Shown: positions 42,984 to 51,679 of the stretch, piece by piece | Layout: every line of letters begins with the position of its first letter | Position numbering within the stretch: position 1 is the stretch's first letter | Source of the DNA: Candidatus Limnocylindria bacterium | Lineage (GTDB): Bacteria; Chloroflexota; Limnocylindria; QHBO01 | DNA length: 64,000 bases | Assembly: GCA_038248895.1 (NCBI GenBank) | Contig: JBBRWZ010000002.1 | Span: 9,847-73,846, forward strand | Direction: 5' to 3' | Notes under the pieces: model-generated | Seen by the model: only the letters and a program-made list of their open reading frames with translations | Databases searched by the model: none | What the model was told of the DNA's origin: nothing | Position numbers and translations under genes: made by a program

Positions 42984-44510
42984 TCAGACGACGTTGACGC
43001 GCGCCTCGTGATAGCCGCGCGCACCATCCGGCGCGGGATCGGTGACACGCGCCTCCTGCAGCATCCCCTTGCCGTCGGTGGCGCGGACGCGCAGCGTGTG
43101 GGAGCCGCGCTCGGCCTGCCAGCGGTAGATCCACTGCACCCAGGTCTCGTCGCTGATGGCCGGGCCGAGCCCGGCTGCCTGCCAGGCACCCTCGTCGACC
43201 TGGACCTCGACGCCGGAGATGCCACGAGTCGGCGCCCACGCCACGCCCGCGACCGCCACCTCGCCGGCGGGCACGGATCCGCCGCGCGGCACATCGATGC
43301 GTGACTGGAGCAGGATCGGCCCGTTCTTCGCCCAGCCGAGCGGGATCCAGTAGCCGTCGAACGCGTCGAGCGTGGTGAGCTCGATGTTCGTCAGCCATTT
43401 CGTCGCCGATACGTAGCCGTACAGACCCGGCACGATGAGCCGCGCCGGGAAGCCGTGATCGGCGTTGAGTGGCTCGTCGTTCATGCCGACCGCGACCAGT
43501 GCACCGGCGCCCGCGTCATTGAGCCAGAGGGTCGGGAAGCCAGCCGTCCACCCGTCGAACGAACGGCCCACGAGCTGTGATGCACCGGGCTTGACGCCCG
43601 CTTCGTCGAGCAGCGCACGGAGGGGCACGCCGGTCCACTTTGCGTTGCCGACGAGATCGCCCCCGACGCGGTTGCTGACGCAGGCGATGGTGACGTAACG
43701 CTCCTCGAGCGGCCGCGCCAACAGCTCGTCGTAGGTGAGCGTCAGCTCGCGGTCGACCATCCCGTCGATGGTGAGGCTCCAGGTCGACGCGTCGAGGCGG
43801 GGCACGAGCAGCTTGGTGTCGATGCGGTAGAAGTTCTCGGTGGGGACCACCAGCGGTGAAACGCCCTGCGCCGTGATCGTGGGCGTCGGCAGCGGCTTGG
43901 CCGGCATCGTCGGCTCCGGGAGCACGACGGGCAATGACCGGCCGGACGCCGCGGGCTTGCGTTCGAGGAGATAGCGGCCCACCCCGCCACCGACCAGCGC
44001 GAGGGCCCCGAGGCCCACGGCGGTGCCGAGGAACTGGCGCCGGCCCCAGGCCGGCATCTCCGCCACGGGCCGTGCGGCGACGCCTCCCCGGCCGATGAGT
44101 CGGCGCAGCGTCCAGGCGCCGCTGCCGCCGACAACGAGCGCGGTCGCACCGGCCAGAATTGGATCCACCAGCGGGTCGCGCAGGCTGGTGACGGCGGCAG
44201 CGGCAGCGACCATGGCAATTCCGATTGCCCCGATCCGCCAGTCGCGCCGCGCGAAGAGGCCGAGCAAGGCAGCGAGCACCAGCGCCACCGCCGCCACGAA
44301 GAGGTTCAGCACGAGCTTGTCCGCGTCGCCGAACAGGTCAACGACGAACTGCTTGGCGCCCGGAGGCTGCAGGTCGATCACCAGCGCCCCGATCGCGGTG
44401 ATGAGCGACGGCGCGTTGTCGATGAGACCCGCGACCAGCTCGGACAGGCCCAGCCCGATGCCGCCGGCAACGAGGCCGGCAATGACGCCACGAGTGCGAC
44501 TCGCCTGCAT
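42984..44510 (-). CDS. Membrane-tethered molybdopterin-dependent oxidoreductase (sulfite oxidase / YedY-MsrP family)
   Basis: Start ATG 44510 gives 508 aa. About 4 N-terminal TM helices are followed by an internal twin-arginine-like segment (WGRRQFLGTAVGLGALALVGG). The Mo-domain carries YRIDT, TIACVSNRVGG and KWTGVPL, followed by an Ig-like dimerisation domain. Confidence 0.87.
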   Translation of the reverse strand: MQASRTRGVIAGLVAGGIGLGLSELVAGLIDNAPSLITAIGALVIDLQPPGAKQFVVDLFGDADKLVLNLFVAAVALVLAALLGLFARRDWRIGAIGIAMVAAAAAVTSLRDPLVDPILAGATALVVGGSGAWTLRRLIGRGGVAARPVAEMPAWGRRQFLGTAVGLGALALVGGGVGRYLLERKPAASGRSLPVVLPEPTMPAKPLPTPTITAQGVSPLVVPTENFYRIDTKLLVPRLDASTWSLTIDGMVDRELTLTYDELLARPLEERYVTIACVSNRVGGDLVGNAKWTGVPLRALLDEAGVKPGASQLVGRSFDGWTAGFPTLWLNDAGAGALVAVGMNDEPLNADHGFPARLIVPGLYGYVSATKWLTNIELTTLDAFDGYWIPLGWAKNGPILLQSRIDVPRGGSVPAGEVAVAGVAWAPTRGISGVEVQVDEGAWQAAGLGPAISDETWVQWIYRWQAERGSHTLRVRATDGKGMLQEARVTDPAPDGARGYHEARVNVV

Positions 44511-44587
44511 GCGCTCAGTCAATCGGATTGGCGTGACGAATGTGTGACGGGGCGGCGCGGGCGGTCTGCGCTCACCGCCCGCCGAGC

Positions 44588-44998
44588 CTAGTCCGCCTCG
44601 TTGGGCTCGAGGGCGAGCGCCGCCGAGTTGATGCAGTAGCGCAGCCCTGTCGGCTGGTCCGCCGCATCGTCGAACACGTGACCCAGATGGCCACCACAGC
44701 TGGCGCAGGTCACCTCGGTGCGCGTCATGAACAGCGTGCGATCGGTGTGGGTCTCCACGGCACCGTCGGCCGCCGGCTGGTAGAACGACGGCCAGCCGGT
44801 GCCGGACTCGAATTTCGTGCCGGCATCGAAGAGCTTGGCACCGCAGCCGGCGCATCGGTATGAGCCATCCGCATGCTCGTTCCAGAAGCGACCGCTGAAC
44901 GGTCGCTCGGTGCCCTTCTCACGCAGCACGCGGTACTGTTCGGGGGTGAGCTCCGCGCGCCACTCGGCGTCGGAGCGGTCCAGTTTCTGACGTGTCAT
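44588..44998 (-). CDS. msrB: Peptide-methionine (R)-S-oxide reductase MsrB
   Basis: Carries the CAGCGAKLF / [12 protein letters not shown] zinc CxxC pairs and GTGWPSF. The start is ATG 44998 (alternative 45016). Confidence 0.93.
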   Translation of the reverse strand: MTRQKLDRSDAEWRAELTPEQYRVLREKGTERPFSGRFWNEHADGSYRCAGCGAKLFDAGTKFESGTGWPSFYQPAADGAVETHTDRTLFMTRTEVTCASCGGHLGHVFDDAADQPTGLRYCINSAALALEPNEAD

Positions 44999-45052
44999 GG
45001 TGCGAGCGTACGGCATATCCGTGACAGACCGATGACGCCGTACCATCGGACG

Positions 45053-45847
45053 ATGCGCCGCCAGCTCCTGCCGTCCACCCTCCTCCGCGCCTGCGTCCTA
45101 ATGCTCAGCGTCGCGACGGCCTGCACGCTGCCGCCGATCACGACGCCGACGCCGCGCCCCACACCCACGGTCGCGCCGACGCCGAACCCAACCGCCACGC
45201 CGACGCCGACGGCACCGACACCCAGCCCCACCCCCGACCTCGGCGCGGTGCCCGCCTTCGACGCCGGGGCCACCGTGGCGACCATGACGGACGGCCTCCG
45301 CATCCGCCGTCTTCCCGGCGTCGACCGCTCGATTCTCGTGCAGCGCCTGCCCGCCGGCACGCGGCTCGAGGTCGTGCTCGGGCCATTGCCCGTCGACGGC
45401 CTCGGCTGGTATCTCGTCCGCGACATCGACGACGCGGACCCATCGTTCGGCGAGGGCTGGATCGCCGCCGGCTTCGATCCGGAGCCGTTCATCGCGGCCA
45501 CCGGCGATGGATCAACGGGGAGCTACGTCAGCTCATTCGCGCACGCCGGCGACGCCGAGTTCGGACCGCTGGCGGTGCCCGACGACCAGGTGGCAATCCG
45601 CTGGGCGGCCATCGACCCGGACGGCGTGGGCTGTGTCTTCGCGCTCGACCTGCGGACCGGAAGCGGTGACCCCGTGCCGGCAATCCGTGCCGCCGTTGGC
45701 AACGGGCCGACGCCCGGCGTCCTCGGCAGCGACTACTTCACTGACCAGCCGGCGTTGCGGGGCCAGCTGTTCGCCACCGTGCGGAGTGACTGCGCATGGG
45801 CGATCACGGTGGTCCGCGTTCTGCCGTCACCCAGCGGCTCACCATGA
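45053..45847 (+). CDS. Lipoprotein with Pro/Thr-rich linker and SH3b-like domain
   Basis: ATG 45053. The signal/lipobox is [24 protein letters not shown]. The linker is [31 protein letters not shown]. The SH3-like segment is GLRIRRLPG...[21 protein letters not shown]. Confidence 0.7.
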   Translation: MRRQLLPSTLLRACVLMLSVATACTLPPITTPTPRPTPTVAPTPNPTATPTPTAPTPSPTPDLGAVPAFDAGATVATMTDGLRIRRLPGVDRSILVQRLPAGTRLEVVLGPLPVDGLGWYLVRDIDDADPSFGEGWIAAGFDPEPFIAATGDGSTGSYVSSFAHAGDAEFGPLAVPDDQVAIRWAAIDPDGVGCVFALDLRTGSGDPVPAIRAAVGNGPTPGVLGSDYFTDQPALRGQLFATVRSDCAWAITVVRVLPSPSGSP

Positions 45848-45879
45848 CGCGCGGCCGAGGTGATCCCGGAGAACCGCGG

Positions 45880-45895
45880 CGTGGCACCCGCCACG
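45880..45895. terminator. Short hairpin between convergent genes
   Basis: CGTGGC-ACCC-GCCACG (6-bp stem), followed by TTCAGTTGAGG on the plus strand. It abuts the DUF3090 stop. Support is weak. Confidence 0.3.
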
Positions 45896-45896
45896 T

Positions 45897-46427
45897 TCAG
45901 TTGAGGTGGCTGTTCATGCGAGGGCAGAGGTGGCCACGCTCATCGATCGCCTGGTCGCAGAAGGGGCACGTTGGGCGTCCCGCGGCGACGAGGTCGCTGG
46001 CGCGTCGCACGAAGTCGCGGGCTGGCCCCATCGGCAGGCTGACGCGGAACACGTCCGGACCATCGGGCATGTCATCGGCGACCTCCACGTAGTCGCCCGA
46101 CTCGCTCACCGGCTGAGCCTCCAGGACGATGCGCCCGGCGTCGGCATCCCACGCGAGCGCCATGACGCCGGCGCGGAACGCCTCGACCAGCGGCTCGTCG
46201 AGCGGGTCGTCATCCCGGGCTGGCGGTGCGGCTGCGTCGTCGTCGAGCGCGCTGACGAGGTCGTCCATGCGCGCGGCGAGCGCCGCCACCTGCGTCTTCT
46301 CTACGATGAGGCTCACGATGGCCGCGCCCTGGCGTGCCTGGAGGTAGAAGGTGCGATCCCCGGGCGCGCCGATGGTGCCGGCGATGAAGCGATCCGGGTC
46401 CGTGAAGCGGAAGAGTCTGCGGGCCAT
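45897..46427 (-). CDS. DUF3090 family protein
   Basis: Begins MARRLFRFTDPDRFIAGTIGAPGDRTFYLQA and ends ...GRPTCPFCDQAIDERGHLCPRMNSH, matching the DUF3090 pattern as I remember it. An alternative start is 46436. Confidence 0.8.
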   Translation of the reverse strand: MARRLFRFTDPDRFIAGTIGAPGDRTFYLQARQGAAIVSLIVEKTQVAALAARMDDLVSALDDDAAAPPARDDDPLDEPLVEAFRAGVMALAWDADAGRIVLEAQPVSESGDYVEVADDMPDGPDVFRVSLPMGPARDFVRRASDLVAAGRPTCPFCDQAIDERGHLCPRMNSHLN

Positions 46428-46571
46428 GCGCCCCATCCTACCCAGTCGTGTCGCGCCTGACACGGGGACGGGATCGGAGATGTGCCCGATCCCCGATCCC
46501 GCTTCCCGATCTACGAGCCGGGCTTCGCCGTCCTTGCTCCGGCGATGTGCCCGCCCGGCTCGATCGAGGGC

Positions 46572-46601
46572 AGCGTACGCCGTGGTGGCGACGCCTGTCA
46601 A
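46572..46601 (-). promoter_or_regulatory. Sigma-70-like promoter candidate upstream of the DUF3090 gene
   Basis: On the minus strand, TTGACA (46601-46596) is followed by an 18-nt spacer and TACGCT (46577-46572). The -35 is part of the inverted repeat GTCAA-N7-TTGAC. Confidence 0.4.
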
Positions 46602-46653
46602 CGGGTATTTGACTGAACCGGCGAACCGCGTGGCGCACCGGCCCCAACCAGGG

Positions 46654-47952
46654 TCAGGCCAGGGTGAGGGCGCGGCTCGAGAGCTCGTAGGCGCCGCGAT
46701 GGTCGCCGGCAGCGGCGCGGAGATCCGCCCACTCGCGGAGCACCTCGCGGAGGCGCCCGTCGAGCTGCGCGTCGCGTGCCACGTCGGACGCGATCGCGAA
46801 CCGGTCCTCGGCGGCGGCGAGGTCGCCGTCGTCGCGGAGGATGCGGGCCTCCGTCAGCGTCGCGGCCAGCTCGACCAGCCGGTTGCCGCTCGCGCGGGCG
46901 CGCACGATGGCGGCTGCCGCCAGCGACCGGGCAGCAGTGGGGTCGCCGCCGCGGAAGGCCACCTGCGCCTCCGTCTCCAGGATGGCGGCCAGGATCCGCT
47001 CGTCGCCGGCCTGCTCTGCCTGGCGATGCGCCGCGGCCGCGTACTCGCGCGCCCGATCCATGTCTCCGGCCGCGAGATAGGCAAGCGCGAGATCATTTTC
47101 GATGGAGGCCGATTCGAGCTCGGAGCCGGCCGCGCGGAAGAGGCCGAGTGCCTGCGTCCCACTCCGGATGGCCGCCTCCAGGTCGCCTGTCTCACGGTAG
47201 GTGATGGCGAGGTTGAAGAGGTACGTCGCGCGGCGTCGATCGTCGAGGTCGCCGGCGAAGCCGCGCGCCTCCTCGAGGTAGCGGAGGGCGCGCTCGTGAT
47301 CGCCGGAGCGTGACTCGACCGCGGAGATGGCGGTGAGCAGGCGCATCTCGAACTCGGGCTCGACGAGGAGTCCGGCACGCACGCCGTCGAGCAGCGCGGT
47401 CAGCATGGTGCGCGCCTCCGCCTCCGCATCCGACTGGTAGAGGCCATAGGCGAGCCAGTAGCGGGCCAGCGCGGCGTCTTCTGCACGACCGATCTCCTCG
47501 TAGCGGCGCGCCGCCTCGGAGGCGGCCAGCACCGCTTCGCGGCCACGACCCAGGCGTGCCTCCGCCTCAGCCACGCCACGCAGCAGGTCGGCGCGGCCGG
47601 CGTCCTCCCCGGCGACAGCGAGCAGCGCGCGGTAGCCGTCGGCCGCGACCTGCCACTCGCCGGCGGCGAGCTGCAGGTCCACCTCGAGCCGGCTCCACGC
47701 GGGATGCCGCTCGTCGATGAAGTGTGATGCGGGCAGTCCGAGGCGCTCGCAGAGGTAGCGCAGCGCAACCATGCTCGGCCGGGCGATCCCCGTCTCGAGC
47801 GCGCTGACGTACGCCTTGGTATATCGATCGCCGGCCAGCTGCTGCTGTGTCAGGCCGACGCGATGGCGCGCCTCCCTGATGCGAGCACCGATCCGGTGGG
47901 CGAGCGCCACGTCCTGTTCCGTCGCTCGCGCGACCGATTTCGTCCTCGGCAT
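46654..47952 (-). CDS. XRE-family HTH transcriptional regulator with large TPR-repeat domain
   Basis: 432 aa. The N-terminal HTH is IREARHRVGLTQQQLAGDRYTKAYVSALETGIARPSMVALRYLCERLGL. The remaining ~350 aa consist of repeated Ala/Leu/Arg-rich TPR-like helical pairs. Confidence 0.88.
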   Translation of the reverse strand: MPRTKSVARATEQDVALAHRIGARIREARHRVGLTQQQLAGDRYTKAYVSALETGIARPSMVALRYLCERLGLPASHFIDERHPAWSRLEVDLQLAAGEWQVAADGYRALLAVAGEDAGRADLLRGVAEAEARLGRGREAVLAASEAARRYEEIGRAEDAALARYWLAYGLYQSDAEAEARTMLTALLDGVRAGLLVEPEFEMRLLTAISAVESRSGDHERALRYLEEARGFAGDLDDRRRATYLFNLAITYRETGDLEAAIRSGTQALGLFRAAGSELESASIENDLALAYLAAGDMDRAREYAAAAHRQAEQAGDERILAAILETEAQVAFRGGDPTAARSLAAAAIVRARASGNRLVELAATLTEARILRDDGDLAAAEDRFAIASDVARDAQLDGRLREVLREWADLRAAAGDHRGAYELSSRALTLA

Positions 47953-47960
47953 GCACGGGA

Positions 47961-47990
47961 GTGTACACCGCGCGGCAAGTCAATCTTGAC
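47961..47990. promoter_or_regulatory. Two palindromes in the regulator/small-ORF divergent spacer: GTGTACAC and GTCAA-TC-TTGAC
   Basis: GTGTACAC occupies 47961-47968 and GTCAATCTTGAC occupies 47979-47990. On the minus strand, TACACT (47965-47960) ends 7 nt before the regulator ATG. Confidence 0.4.
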
Positions 47991-48124
47991 GGGAGGCAAC
48001 ACCAAACGTACGGGGTGATGAGGGCGGGCTTGGTACTGTCGACCCATTGTTCCCGGGGACCGATGGCGCGAGCGTGGGAGTCCAAGCCACCCGACGGGGG
48101 TGGCACGTACGACGGAGACCTGCA

Positions 48125-48244
48125 ATGCGCGCATCCCGGATCCTTCGATCCATCCTGCTCGCGGGCACGGTTGCCGCGGTCGGCCTCATGTCGATCGCCT
48201 CCTCGGTCCTGGGCGTTACCACCGGAGGCGGCTTCCCTCACTGA
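48125..48244 (+). CDS. 39-aa small exported peptide candidate (signal-peptide-like N-terminus, polar C-terminal tail)
   Basis: ATG 48125 lies 7 nt after GGAG (48114-48117). About 80% of third codon positions are G/C, like neighbouring genes. The product is MRASRILRSILLAGTVAAVGLMSIASSVLGVTTGGGFPH. A strong hairpin follows 30 nt downstream. Confidence 0.5.
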   Translation: MRASRILRSILLAGTVAAVGLMSIASSVLGVTTGGGFPH

Positions 48245-48274
48245 GGCACCGCACACCGATCCCGCACCCTAGCC

Positions 48275-48300
48275 GAAGCCACGCCGCCCAGCGTGGCTTC
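48275..48300. terminator. Bidirectional terminator-like hairpin between the small ORF and ligD
   Basis: Perfect 10-bp stem GAAGCCACGC / GCGTGGCTTC with loop CGCCCA, followed by TTCCTC on the plus strand. It lies 23 nt from the ligD stop. Confidence 0.65.
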
Positions 48301-48323
48301 TTCCTCGTCCGGGAGTCGGCAGG

Positions 48324-50987
48324 TCAGATGCTGGGCAGCTCCTGCTCGCGTGTCAGCACCGCGGCGAACAGGTCCCCGGTCTCGGCGAGGCGTGCCGGCA
48401 GGGTGCGAATGGTCCAGCGGTCGGGGCGCAGCGCGGGGTCGTCGAGCTCGTCCCAGCGAATCGGTGCCGACACCGGAGCGCCGGCAGCCGGCCGCGGCGA
48501 GTACGGAGCGACCAGCGTCTTGTTGATCGCGTTCTGCGTGAAGTCAAGCCGGGCGCGTCCACGCCGCGCCCGCTTCGCCCACTCCCAGCTCACGAGATCC
48601 GGGACGATTGCCCCCACCGCGCGGCTGAGCCCCTCCACCCAGTCCCGCGTCTCGTCGAAGGCATAGCGCGGCGCGATCGGCACCCAGACCTGGATCCCCC
48701 GCTTGCCGGTCACCTTGGGCACGCCCACGACGCCGAGGTGGTCGAGCGCCGTGCGGTACAGCCGCGCGAGGGCGAGCACCTCCTCCCAGGTGGTGGCGTC
48801 ACCGGGGTCGATGTCGATGAGGGCGTACGTCGGGCGATCGGGCGCATCGATCCGACTCGTCCACGGATGCAGCTCGATGGCAGCCTCCTGCGCCAGCCAG
48901 GCGAGCGTCGCCGGCTCGGTGACGACCACGTAGTCCTTCGGACCCTCGTCGTGATGCACGTAGCGCCAGCGGTCGACCCAGGCGGGGGCGTGGGCGGGCA
49001 GGTCCTTCTGCCAGAACCCCTTCGCATCGGTTCCGTTCGGGAAGCGCTGCACGGTGGTCCCGCGTCCGGCCAGGTATGGCACCAGGGTGGGACCGATGGT
49101 CGCGTGGTAGCGCAGCAGGTCACGCTTCGTCACCGGCTCCTCGCCGGGGCGTGCCGGTGCCAAGACCTTGTCGAGATTGGTGACCCGCACCTCGCGCCCG
49201 GCGATCAGCCATGGCCCATCGCGGTTCATGGCGTCGAGAGCTCCGATCGCCGCACCGAGTGCATCAGCCGCGTCGTGTGCCGTGGGGACGCTACCCCGCG
49301 ACGAGGACCGCGACGGGCGACGGGCGGCCCGTGCCGCAGCACGGACGGCCGCGCCGGAATCCACCGCCGTCTCGCGCCGCACCGCGCGCGCCGCATTCCC
49401 GATCTCGAGACCCTTGTAGGCAGCCTGCCGCAGCAGCCCGTCGCTCGTCCACTCGGCGAACTCGACCCGGATGACGAGCCGCGGCTCGACCCAGTGCGCT
49501 CCCTTCAACCGCGGGACCGGGTCCAGCGGCGGCTCGTCGCACGCCAGCGTGTCGAGGCGCTCCCGGAGCATGCGGCGGGTGCGCGTGTCGATTCCCGAGC
49601 CGACCTGGCCGGCGTGCACCAGCCGATCGCCGTCGTGGACAGCCAGGATGAGCGAGCCGAGCTCACGATGCGTCCCCTGCCCCGCCAGCCAGCCGGCGAT
49701 CACCACCTCCTGCTCGCGCCGCAGCTTGATCTTGAGCCAGCTCTTCGAGCGGCGCCCCGGCTCGTAGCGCGAGCTGCGCAGCTTCGCCACCACCCCCTCC
49801 AGCTCCTGCTCGCGTGCCGCGTCGACGAACGCCTCGCCGTCCGCGATCACGTGCGACCCGAAGCGGACCATGGGATGGTCGCGCAGGACCGACCGGAGAA
49901 GCCGCTTGCGGTGCTCGAGCGGAACGTCGAGCAACGAACGACCGTCGTGATGCAGCAGGTCGAAGACCTGGTAGACGATGGGAATCCCGGCCCGCTCCGC
50001 GTTCGACGCCCGCGGGTGGTCACCGGCTGACCCGGGCCCGTGGAGCCCGCGCAGGCCGGACACGTCCTGCAGCAGGCTGAAGCTCGGGCGACCCCGGTCA
50101 TCGACCGCGATCACCTCCCCGTCCACGATCGCATCGCGGGCGGTGATCCACCCCCGGGCCTCCGCCAGCGTGGGAAAGTAGCGGGCGGCATCCTGGCGGT
50201 TGCGTGTCCAGAGGCGGATGTCGTTGCCATGCACCACCGCCTCGACCCGGTAGCCGTCCCACTTGACCTCGTACAGCCAATCGGGATGGCTGAACGGCCC
50301 GCTGCCGAGCGTCGCCTTCATCGGCTGGACGAATTCGGGCAGCAGCTCCGCACGCGCGCGTGCCAGGTCGATCTCCGCCTCGGCTGCCGGCGCGTTGGCG
50401 TCCCAGCGCGCCGGCTCGCCGGCCTGCACCTCGGGGTTGGTGCGACCGGATTTGACCGACGTCGGGTGCGCCTCCGCATTCCAGCCCGCGACCGCGGACT
50501 CGTCGCGCTTGTGGATGAGCAGCCACTTCTCGCGGTCGTCGGCGTCGCCGTGCCGGCCGCTCGTGCGCAGAATGGTGAAGCGCCCCGTGAGCCGCTCCCC
50601 GTGGAGGCGAAACTTGATCTCGCCCTTCCGCAGGGCTGCCGCCGGGTCGGGGGTCTCCTCCTCCGGCTCCCACGTTCCCCAGTCCCAGACGATGACGTCG
50701 CCGGCACCGTATTCCCCGCGACCGATGCTGCCCTCGAAATCGAGATACTCGATCGGGTGGTCCTCGGTCCGCATGGCCAGCCGCTTCTCATCGGGGTCGA
50801 CGGTCGGCCCCTTTGGCACGGCCCAGCTGACGAGCACGCCACCGATCTCGAGCCTGAAGTCGTAATGCAGTGCCGTCGCCCGGTGGCGCTGCACCGTGAA
50901 GCGGCGGCCGTCGCCGGCCGACTCCGCCCCCGACGGCTCTGCTGTTCGCGCGAAGTCACGCTTGGACCGATAGACCTCGAGCGGCAT
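48324..50987 (-). CDS. ligD: Multidomain ATP-dependent DNA ligase LigD (phosphoesterase-ligase-polymerase order)
   Basis: 887 aa. The PE domain carries RFTVQRHRATALHYDFRLE. The ligase adenylation motif is EVKWDGYR. The C-terminal primase-polymerase domain carries TKRDLLRYHATIGPTLVPYL and FDLDP-like IDIDP. Confidence 0.93.
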   Translation of the reverse strand: MPLEVYRSKRDFARTAEPSGAESAGDGRRFTVQRHRATALHYDFRLEIGGVLVSWAVPKGPTVDPDEKRLAMRTEDHPIEYLDFEGSIGRGEYGAGDVIVWDWGTWEPEEETPDPAAALRKGEIKFRLHGERLTGRFTILRTSGRHGDADDREKWLLIHKRDESAVAGWNAEAHPTSVKSGRTNPEVQAGEPARWDANAPAAEAEIDLARARAELLPEFVQPMKATLGSGPFSHPDWLYEVKWDGYRVEAVVHGNDIRLWTRNRQDAARYFPTLAEARGWITARDAIVDGEVIAVDDRGRPSFSLLQDVSGLRGLHGPGSAGDHPRASNAERAGIPIVYQVFDLLHHDGRSLLDVPLEHRKRLLRSVLRDHPMVRFGSHVIADGEAFVDAAREQELEGVVAKLRSSRYEPGRRSKSWLKIKLRREQEVVIAGWLAGQGTHRELGSLILAVHDGDRLVHAGQVGSGIDTRTRRMLRERLDTLACDEPPLDPVPRLKGAHWVEPRLVIRVEFAEWTSDGLLRQAAYKGLEIGNAARAVRRETAVDSGAAVRAAARAARRPSRSSSRGSVPTAHDAADALGAAIGALDAMNRDGPWLIAGREVRVTNLDKVLAPARPGEEPVTKRDLLRYHATIGPTLVPYLAGRGTTVQRFPNGTDAKGFWQKDLPAHAPAWVDRWRYVHHDEGPKDYVVVTEPATLAWLAQEAAIELHPWTSRIDAPDRPTYALIDIDPGDATTWEEVLALARLYRTALDHLGVVGVPKVTGKRGIQVWVPIAPRYAFDETRDWVEGLSRAVGAIVPDLVSWEWAKRARRGRARLDFTQNAINKTLVAPYSPRPAAGAPVSAPIRWDELDDPALRPDRWTIRTLPARLAETGDLFAAVLTREQELPSI

Positions 50988-51082
50988 CGGTCAGGCAGGG
51001 ATCACGGCTGCGGGGCGCCGGCGGAGCTGCATGCCCCTACGATAGCGGCGCCCATGCCAGCGACACGCCCGCGCCGCCACTG

Positions 51083-51679
51083 ATGGAGATCGAGGAGCTG
51101 CTCGCCGACCCGATGGCGCAGCTCGCTGCGTGGGTCGCCGACGCGCGGCACGCCGGCAGTCGGTTGCCCGAGGCTTTTGCCCTCGCCACCGCCAGCCCCG
51201 ACGGCGCGCCATCGGTGCGCATGCTCCTCGCGCGGGGCATGGATCGTCGCGGCATCGCCTTCTTCACGAACCGGGAGAGTCGGAAGGGCCTCGAGCTCGC
51301 GGCGAACCCGCGTGGCGCCGCGACGTTCCACTGGCCGGAGCTGGAGCGCCAGGCTCGCGTGGCAGGCGGAGTGCAGGTGCTCGACGACGTGGAATCGAGC
51401 GCCTACTTCGCGACTCGCCCGCGCGGCAGCCGGATCTCGGCCTGGGCGTCCGCCCAGGGCGCACCGATCCCCGACCGACGCGCGCTGGAGACGAGCTGGT
51501 CGGCCACCGAAGCGCGCTTCCCCGGCGACGAGATCCCACTCCCGCCCTTCTGGGGTGGCTACCGCCTCCTGCCGGAGACGGTTGAGTTCTGGCAGGGGCG
51601 GCCAAGCCGCCTCCACGATCGCATCGAGTACGAGCGCACCACCGGCGACGCGTGGCGGCGGCGGCGGTTGCAGCCGTGA
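51083..51679 (+). CDS. pdxH: Pyridoxamine 5'-phosphate oxidase
   Basis: 198 aa. Carries RMLLARGMDRRGIAFFTN, ESRKG, FWGGYRL, EFWQGRPSRLHDR and a C-terminal RLQP-type ending. Confidence 0.93.
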   Translation: MEIEELLADPMAQLAAWVADARHAGSRLPEAFALATASPDGAPSVRMLLARGMDRRGIAFFTNRESRKGLELAANPRGAATFHWPELERQARVAGGVQVLDDVESSAYFATRPRGSRISAWASAQGAPIPDRRALETSWSATEARFPGDEIPLPPFWGGYRLLPETVEFWQGRPSRLHDRIEYERTTGDAWRRRRLQP

